A DNA stretch of 32,083 bases from an uncultured bacterium (GTDB lineage: Bacteria; Arandabacterota; Arandabacteria; Arandabacterales; Arandabacteraceae): contig CAYHHI010000039.1 of NCBI GenBank assembly GCA_964356335.1, positions 1 to 32,083 on the forward strand. The letters run 5' to 3'. The position numbers were made by a program, and so were the translations under genes. Under the pieces are notes generated by a model. That model worked only from the letters and a program-made list of their open reading frames with translations. It was not told the origin of the DNA and searched no databases. Of the stretch, positions 25,624 to 32,083 are shown one piece after another; positions within the stretch are counted from its first letter, which is position 1, and every line of letters starts with the position of its first letter.

Positions 25624-26235
25624 ATGGTGGCGCAGAAGTCCGGCAAAAAGGCCAAGAAGGACACTCTGAAAGAATGGCTCAAGTCGATCATTATTGCGCT
25701 CGTCCTGGCGCTCTTGACGCGAGCAACAGTCGTTCAGGCCTTCAGAATACCGACATCGTCAATGGAAGAAACGCTTCTGGTCGGAGATTTTCTCCTCGTC
25801 AATAAGTTCATCTATGGCTCCAAGATACCCTTTACCGAAATCAGACTCCCCAAGGTGAGAGCGCCGAAGCGGGGCGACATCATAGTTTTCAGGCATCCCA
25901 CCGAGGGCAAGGATTTCATCAAGCGGTGCATCGGGCTTCCGGGAGACACGATTGAGTTGAGGAATGATGTGGTTTACGTGAATGGCGCCGCTCAGAAGGA
26001 ACCCTATAAGACCTTGCGCGGCTTCGGAGGCCAGATGTCCAACTTCGGCCCCGTCGTTGTGCCGGAAGGCAATATCTTCATGATGGGAGACAACAGGCAC
26101 AACAGCTATGACAGCCGTGCGTGGGGGGCCCTGGACATGCACTACATCAAGGGCAAAGCCATGGTGATGTATTTCTCGTGGAATAAGCAGACGCACCTGC
26201 CAAGGTGGACAAGGATAGGCAAGCTGATTCACTGA
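25624..26235 (+). CDS. lepB: signal peptidase I
   Basis: GGGAGG SD. N-terminal TM anchor. Catalytic Ser box PTSSMEETL, Lys box KRGDIIVFRHP, box E GDNRHNSYDSRAWG. Confidence 0.9.
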   Translation: MVAQKSGKKAKKDTLKEWLKSIIIALVLALLTRATVVQAFRIPTSSMEETLLVGDFLLVNKFIYGSKIPFTEIRLPKVRAPKRGDIIVFRHPTEGKDFIKRCIGLPGDTIELRNDVVYVNGAAQKEPYKTLRGFGGQMSNFGPVVVPEGNIFMMGDNRHNSYDSRAWGALDMHYIKGKAMVMYFSWNKQTHLPRWTRIGKLIH

Positions 26236-26256
26236 CAAGGCTTCGCTCGAGGGATC

Positions 26257-28056
26257 GTGGACCAGAGACTGATACGCAATTTCTGCATAATCGCGCATAT
26301 AGATCATGGCAAGTCCACGCTTGCCGATAGGCTCCTTGAGCTCACCAGGACCATCTCCCCCAGGGACATGCGGGAGCAGGTCCTTGATAACATGGACCTG
26401 GAGCGCGAGCGGGGAATCACCATAAAGAGCCATGCCATAACGATGGCGTACCGGGCAGCCGATGGCGACGTTTACGAGCTCAATCTCATAGACACGCCAG
26501 GGCACGTGGATTTCACCTATGAGGTATCGCGAAGTCTTGCGGCCTGCGAAGGAGCCGTTCTCCTCGTGGATGCTTCCCAGGGTGTCGAGGCTCAGACCAT
26601 AAGCAACCTCTACATGGCATTCGACAAGGATCTCACTATTGTTCCCGTTGTGAATAAGATCGACATGAAGGGTGCGAGGGTGGATGAGACCAAGACCCAG
26701 ATCTGCGATCTTCTCGGGGTGGGGAAGGATGAGATCCTTGAGGTCAGCGCCAAGGAAGGCACGGGTGTCGAAAGGCTCCTTGAGTGGATGATTGAGAAGC
26801 TGCCGCCGCCGGACGGAGACCAGACTGCAAAACTGCGGGCCCTGATATTCGATTCACAGTTTGACCAGTATCGGGGAGCGGTCGCTTATGTGCGGGTCTT
26901 CGAGGGCACCTTGAGGGCGGGCATGAAGGTGAGGCTCTTCTCGGGTGAGAGCGTCTATGAGGTGATGGAGGTCGGGATCTTCAGGCTCGGCATGTTCGCG
27001 CGGAGCGAGCTCTTTGCCGGTGAAGTCGGCTATATGGTCGCAGGCATCAGGAACATAATTGACGCCAACGTGGGCGACACGGTGGTCGAGGCCGATGACC
27101 CTAGCCCCGTGCAGATTCTCGCCTACAGGAAGATGAAGCCCATGGTCTATAGCGGTATCTATACAACCAATGGGGAGAGCTTCGGTTTCTTGAGGGATGC
27201 CCTTTTGAAACTCAGACTCAATGACGCCTCACTCACATATGAGCCCGAGACCTCGCAAGCCCTGGGCTTCGGCTTCAGGTGCGGCTTCCTTGGGCTCCTC
27301 CATATGGAGATCATCCAGGAGAGACTGGAGAGGGAGTATAACCTCAATCTCATTGCGACGGTACCCAGCGTAAGGTACGTGGTCTATCTCACCGATGGGA
27401 CATCCATGGATGTTGAGAATCCCTCGTGCGTGCCGGAACCTCACTTCATCGAGCGCATAGAAGAGCCTTATGTTCTGGCTCAAATCGTGACCCCGATGGA
27501 GTACATTGACTCCATAATGCGCCTCGTCAAAGAAAGGCGGGGCAGCTATAAGCAGTCGGAGATGCTTGATTCCAATCGCACCGTCATAACCTGTGACCTC
27601 CCCATGGCCGAGATCCTTGTGGATTTCCACGACAAGATAAAGTCACTGACGAAAGGCTATGCATCGTTCGATTATGATCTCAGCGGCTACAAGCCTTCCA
27701 ATCTTGTGAAGCTCGAAATCCTCATCAATGGTGAGCCGGTGGATGCCCTCTCCGTGATTACTCACAAGGACAAAGCTTACAGGTTGGGCAAGCAGATTGC
27801 CGAGAAGCTGCGGACGCTGATTCCCAGGCAGCTGTTTCAGGTTGTGATCCAGGCTGCGATCGGCTCGCGGGTGATCGCAAGAGAATCTGTAGCGCCCCTC
27901 AGGAAGAACGTCACAGCCAAGTGCTATGGCGGTGACATCACCCGCAAGCGGAAGTTGCTGGAGAAGCAGAGGGAAGGCAAGCGCAGGATGAAGAGCGTGG
28001 GTCGTGTGACGCTTCCCCAGGAAGCGTTTCTCTACATGCTCAAAGTGGATAGGTAG
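26257..28056 (+). CDS. lepA: translation elongation factor 4
   Basis: IRNFCIIAHIDHGKSTL G1 motif, DTPGHVDF, NKID. Full-length EF4 with conserved C-terminal domain (...GGDITRKRKLLEKQ...). Confidence 0.95.
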   Translation: MDQRLIRNFCIIAHIDHGKSTLADRLLELTRTISPRDMREQVLDNMDLERERGITIKSHAITMAYRAADGDVYELNLIDTPGHVDFTYEVSRSLAACEGAVLLVDASQGVEAQTISNLYMAFDKDLTIVPVVNKIDMKGARVDETKTQICDLLGVGKDEILEVSAKEGTGVERLLEWMIEKLPPPDGDQTAKLRALIFDSQFDQYRGAVAYVRVFEGTLRAGMKVRLFSGESVYEVMEVGIFRLGMFARSELFAGEVGYMVAGIRNIIDANVGDTVVEADDPSPVQILAYRKMKPMVYSGIYTTNGESFGFLRDALLKLRLNDASLTYEPETSQALGFGFRCGFLGLLHMEIIQERLEREYNLNLIATVPSVRYVVYLTDGTSMDVENPSCVPEPHFIERIEEPYVLAQIVTPMEYIDSIMRLVKERRGSYKQSEMLDSNRTVITCDLPMAEILVDFHDKIKSLTKGYASFDYDLSGYKPSNLVKLEILINGEPVDALSVITHKDKAYRLGKQIAEKLRTLIPRQLFQVVIQAAIGSRVIARESVAPLRKNVTAKCYGGDITRKRKLLEKQREGKRRMKSVGRVTLPQEAFLYMLKVDR

Positions 28057-28076
28057 GTGCTGGGAGCAGGTGCCTC

Positions 28077-29303
28077 TTGTGTGAAGGACAGCTATTCCGG
28101 CGCCCAGAGCCGGGCGGTTCTCGCTTGAAAGGCAACTGCCGCGTTCAGAAACAGGGCATCTACGTTCACATCCCGTTCTGTCTTGCCAAGTGCAGGTACT
28201 GCGATTTCAATTCCTTTCCGAGCAGGCAGGGTGTTCCGGATGCCTATATCGATGCCCTGCTTGGAGATCTTGAGAACGAGGCTCGCAGGTGGGATGCGGA
28301 GAAGAAAGGCGCTTTTGCTTCAATCTATTTCGGCGGAGGCACGCCGTCGCTCCTGGAAGTTGACCAGATGGCAACCATCATCACCTCTTTGAGAAACGCC
28401 TACTCCATGGAGGCGGATGTCGAGGTGACAGTTGAGTGCAATCCCGCGACCGTCAATCTTACCAAACTTGCAGCATATCGCGATCTTGGGGTGACCAGGC
28501 TCTCTATCGGGGTTCAATCCCTGTGTGGAGACGAGCTCGAGAGTCTCGGCCGAATCCACAAGGCCGCCGATGCCCTTGAAGCTCTCGAGGCAGCCCACGA
28601 GGCAGGTTTCGCTAACCTCAGCGCGGATGTGATGCTCGGAATCCCGGGTCAGGGACTTGCGAGTCTGGCCAAGACCCTGGATGGCATCGCCAGGCACGTT
28701 ACCCACGTGTCAGTTTACATGCTCACCCTTGAACCCGGCACCCCGCTCCACATTATGGCTGCTCGCGGCGCGGTCGAGTTACCTGACGAAGAGATCGTGA
28801 CGGATCTTTACGAACATGCGCGTCATATCCTGACCCAGAAAGGATTCTCACGCTACGAGATATCCAATTACTGCCTGCCTGGCTACGAGTGCCTCCACAA
28901 TGACATCTACTGGCAGAGGGGAAACTACGCTGGGCTGGGCGCAGGAGCTCATTCTCACCAGGACGGCTGGCGATATTCAAAGATGAGAGATGCCTGGGCC
29001 TATATGAAGATTGCCTCTCGATCCGGCGAAGTGATCGACCTTTCTGAGAATCTTACTGCTGACGAGATGCTTCTTGAGGACCTGATGCTGGGTTTGAGGA
29101 CCGCAAGAGGCGTAGATCTTGATTATCTCGCTTCGCGCTATGGGATGGGCTCTGACCGGGTTCCTCATCTCGTGGAACATCTCCTCAAGGAAGGCCATCT
29201 TGTCAAGAGAGGCAACTATGTGGCACTTTCTCCAAGAGGCGTTCTGGTGCATGATGCCATCTCTCAGGCTCTCGCATCCGCCGTATCTGCCATCTGGTCC
29301 TAA
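28077..29303 (+). CDS. hemW: radical SAM heme chaperone HemW (HemN-like, oxygen-independent coproporphyrinogen-III oxidase family)
   Basis: YVHIPFCLAKCRYCDFNS radical SAM motif. HemN_C-like tail. Position directly after lepA as in Firmicutes. N-terminal start uncertain (TTG 28077 or TTG 28114). Confidence 0.85.
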   Translation: MCEGQLFRRPEPGGSRLKGNCRVQKQGIYVHIPFCLAKCRYCDFNSFPSRQGVPDAYIDALLGDLENEARRWDAEKKGAFASIYFGGGTPSLLEVDQMATIITSLRNAYSMEADVEVTVECNPATVNLTKLAAYRDLGVTRLSIGVQSLCGDELESLGRIHKAADALEALEAAHEAGFANLSADVMLGIPGQGLASLAKTLDGIARHVTHVSVYMLTLEPGTPLHIMAARGAVELPDEEIVTDLYEHARHILTQKGFSRYEISNYCLPGYECLHNDIYWQRGNYAGLGAGAHSHQDGWRYSKMRDAWAYMKIASRSGEVIDLSENLTADEMLLEDLMLGLRTARGVDLDYLASRYGMGSDRVPHLVEHLLKEGHLVKRGNYVALSPRGVLVHDAISQALASAVSAIWS

Positions 29304-29406
29304 TTCGCGGTAAAGACTGGCGGTTAGGAGCCGATACTAGACCCAAGGGACGCAATCATCTGCAAAGATTAGGGAGCACATTCTGACTCCGTTTGGGAGG
29401 AAAAGT

Positions 29407-30393
29407 GTGACAACTGGAAGGGCGAGGTGCGGACGTGTGTCGAGGGGTGTTCTCACGTTTCTCCTCTTGCCTCTATCATGCGTCTTGCTCTGGGTTGCGG
29501 TTGCCCCAGCCTCTCAGACCATCAAGGTCGCGGTCGTTGAAAGCCGACACCTCAAGCCGTATGAACTCGCCAAGGAGGGCTTCAGAGAAGGGATGGAAGG
29601 CAAGGGCTTCGACATCCAGTTCGTGCAGTATGTCCTTGAATCTGATTCTTCCCCGCCTCCCGATCTTGCAATCTTCGTGGACGAGAATGGTGCGGGCATA
29701 GTCCTTGCCCTTGGCACTGATGCCGCGAGGGCCGTGAAAGGAGCAGATCTCAAAGTACCTTCAGTCTTCTCGATGGTCTCTGAGCCCGGCCAGAGCGGTC
29801 TCTTGAATGATAATGCCGACGACGGGACTCCGATGACAGGTGTGTGCCTGGATGTGCCCGTCAGGGAGCAGTTTGCATCGCTCCTGGACGTTGTGCCGAC
29901 GGCGCAACGGATCGGTGTCATCTATAATCCCGACGAGAGCCAGTTTATCGTTGACGAGGCACAGAACACTGCGAACAGAATGAATCTTGGGCTTGTGACC
30001 TATCCTGTCTTTAGCGAGGCTGAGGTCTCAAGCGCCTTGAACGCTTTGAGGCCGAGGATCGATGCTCTGTGGCTGGTGAGCGACAGGATCGTGCTCACGA
30101 CGCAATCCCTCCAGTATGTGTTCCTCTTTGCGTTCCAAACCAATCTTCCTTTGATGGGACTTTCCGATCACTTCGTCAGGATGGGAGCGCTTTTCGCTGT
30201 CGGCCCCGACTACCAGGACATCGGAAGGCAGTCGGGTGAACTCGCGGCTCAGATGCTCACCGGGAGAAACGCGGCCGAGATTCCCGTTGCATCTCCCCGG
30301 AAGGTGATGCTCTCCCTGAATCTCAGGACTGCCGAGATCATCGGCCTGAGAATCCCGGAAAACATAGTTAAGAAGGCGGCCACGATCTATTAG
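29407..30393 (+). CDS. periplasmic solute-binding protein of the ABC_sub_bind (PF04392-like) family, orphan
   Basis: GGGAGG SD 6 nt before GTG 29407. Signal peptide LTFLLLPLSCVLLWVAVAPA. IKVAVVES..., GAGIVLALGTDAA, RIGVIYNPDES, GALFAVGPDYQDIGRQSGELAAQMLTGRNAAEIPV match the family pattern. No permease or ATPase genes adjacent. Confidence 0.65.
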   Translation: MTTGRARCGRVSRGVLTFLLLPLSCVLLWVAVAPASQTIKVAVVESRHLKPYELAKEGFREGMEGKGFDIQFVQYVLESDSSPPPDLAIFVDENGAGIVLALGTDAARAVKGADLKVPSVFSMVSEPGQSGLLNDNADDGTPMTGVCLDVPVREQFASLLDVVPTAQRIGVIYNPDESQFIVDEAQNTANRMNLGLVTYPVFSEAEVSSALNALRPRIDALWLVSDRIVLTTQSLQYVFLFAFQTNLPLMGLSDHFVRMGALFAVGPDYQDIGRQSGELAAQMLTGRNAAEIPVASPRKVMLSLNLRTAEIIGLRIPENIVKKAATIY

Positions 30394-30575
30394 GCGCATC
30401 CCGCATTGATCGTAGCCGGGGAATTCTGGCTTCGAACAGGATTGCCATCCCTCAGGGCACTTCGTATGCCACTCACGGGCGAGCCTCATTTCCACCCGCA
30501 GGCGAGGCTTGTGCTGGTTGCCTGCCGGGCGATCGCGTAGGCGGGTGAGCACAATCCGGCCGCGCCGGCTTTTCG

Positions 30576-30603
30576 CTTGACATCGCCGGCGAGGCCCTAT
30601 TAG
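30576..30603 (+). promoter_or_regulatory. candidate promoter for grpE: -35 TTGACA (30576-30581), 16-nt spacer, -10 TATTAG (30598-30603)
   Basis: Perfect -35, 4/6 -10. Followed by TTGGCACTCCCCTTTGT, which weakly resembles sigma54 -24/-12 and the CIRCE left half but lacks a palindromic partner. Confidence 0.35.
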
Positions 30604-30676
30604 TTTGTTTTGGCACTCCCCTTTGTATCGAAAGAGCTAACGCGGTATCTGGCAAGACGAGGAGGGCGGCGTCAAC

Positions 30677-31384
30677 GTGCTAACTGATGACGATTTCGAG
30701 GGTGAGCATGAAGGAATGCGGCGTGATAGTGGGGAGCGAGCCCATCGCGGACGGGCCTCTAAGGACGATGCGCACAGGGCGCATAGTCACGGGGAGCAGG
30801 CTTCGCATGAACAAGTGCCGAGGCAACACACGGATCAGGTTCATGAAGTCGACGAGCGCGGGCAAAGGTCTGAGGAGTCAAAGAAGCAGGTTAAACACTC
30901 AAGGAAAGATCTCGAAAAGCATGTCGAGGAGATGGTCTCCGAACTCGATGCCCTCAAGGCCGCGCTTGAGGAGACCAAAGATCGGTACCTTAGAGCGCTT
31001 GCCGACTTCGACAATTACCGAAAGAGGGTGGCCAGGGAAAACGAGGAGCGCACCCGATGCGCCAATGAGGATATTATAGGGCGCCTGCTTGAGGTCGTTG
31101 ACAACATGGAACGTGCCTTTGAAGCATCAGCAGAGGCGAGAGATTTCGAGGGGCTGAGGAAGGGGATAGAGCTCACCTATCTCAACCTGAAGGAAGTCCT
31201 CACCAAAGAGGGGCTCTGCCCCATAAAATGTCTTGGTGAAAAATTCGATCCAAATTATCATGAGGCGATCATGGCTCTGGACAAGGAGGGTGCCCAGCCC
31301 GAGAGGGTGATCGAGGAAGTCCAGAAAGGATACACCCTGAACGGGCGCGTGATCAGACCCAGCAAGGTTGTCGTCTCCAAGTAG
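30677..31384 (+). CDS. grpE: nucleotide exchange factor GrpE with ~80-aa His/Arg/Glu-rich N-terminal extension
   Basis: GAGGAGGG SD upstream of GTG 30677. Coiled-coil then RALADFDNYRKR motif. C-terminal beta domain ...YTLNGRVIRPSKVVVSK. Confidence 0.88.
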   Translation: MLTDDDFEGEHEGMRRDSGERAHRGRASKDDAHRAHSHGEQASHEQVPRQHTDQVHEVDERGQRSEESKKQVKHSRKDLEKHVEEMVSELDALKAALEETKDRYLRALADFDNYRKRVARENEERTRCANEDIIGRLLEVVDNMERAFEASAEARDFEGLRKGIELTYLNLKEVLTKEGLCPIKCLGEKFDPNYHEAIMALDKEGAQPERVIEEVQKGYTLNGRVIRPSKVVVSK

Positions 31385-31516
31385 ACGGACCGCCCGATCC
31401 CCGTCGGTTGTGGGAGTGGGAGGGGACGCGCGGGGAGAGTATGAGGGGAGCTGGATCAGGATGTGGAAGGGGGAGTGCGACGGAGAGGACAGGGGGTTCA
31501 CGCAGGGCCACAATGA

Positions 31517-32083
<567 letters not shown>

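Noticed and set aside
30601-30645. CIRCE (HrcA operator) or sigma54 promoter upstream of grpE
   Set aside because: TTGGCACTC matches the CIRCE left half (one mismatch) but the required inverted partner GAGTGCTAA is absent (only GAGCTAA). TGGCAC-N5-TTTG lacks the essential GC of the sigma54 -12 element.

Overview
This is a high-GC bacterial chromosomal segment, probably from an FCB-group lineage. It mixes housekeeping genes with accessory genes, read mostly on the + strand.

Genes called, in order:
- an outer-membrane porin and an orphan prepilin-type (type IV pilin / T2SS pseudopilin-like) gene;
- a 1072-aa membrane / spermidine-synthase-fold / TPR protein (minus strand);
- a radical-SAM enzyme with a Cys-rich auxiliary-cluster C-terminus, divergent from a HAD phosphatase;
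- a low-GC GT-C-like membrane protein, then galE;
- a cytoplasmic dual-GAF histidine kinase plus a single-domain response regulator;
- tRNA-Phe and tRNA-Thr;
- a membrane-anchored SPFH / NPP-phosphodiesterase / TPR fusion protein;
- a small ORF, then a stand-alone cyanophycin-synthetase-N-domain-like protein and a degenerate receiver protein;
- a GT39/DUF2723-like glycosyltransferase with TPR (minus strand);
- glmM-like phosphohexomutase, glmS, ridA;
- a selenocysteine-containing selD (in-frame TGA) immediately followed by a tRNA-Sec (selC);
- a DUF5683-like membrane protein, lepB, lepA, hemW;
- a PF04392-type solute-binding protein, grpE, and the 5' part of dnaJ.

Several near-consensus sigma70-type promoters (TTGACA-N16-18-TATAAT-like) and intrinsic-terminator hairpins are visible. 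The most notable signals are:
- the selD(UGA)-SECIS-selC selenium module;
- the SPFH-phosphodiesterase-TPR fusion protein;
- the stand-alone CphA-N-like / pseudo-receiver pair downstream of the two-component system;
- the radical-SAM / HAD divergent pair;
- a three-copy 15-18 bp repeat in the glmM / GT39 divergent intergenic region;
- an atypical lepA-hemW-(no hrcA)-grpE-(no dnaK)-dnaJ arrangement.
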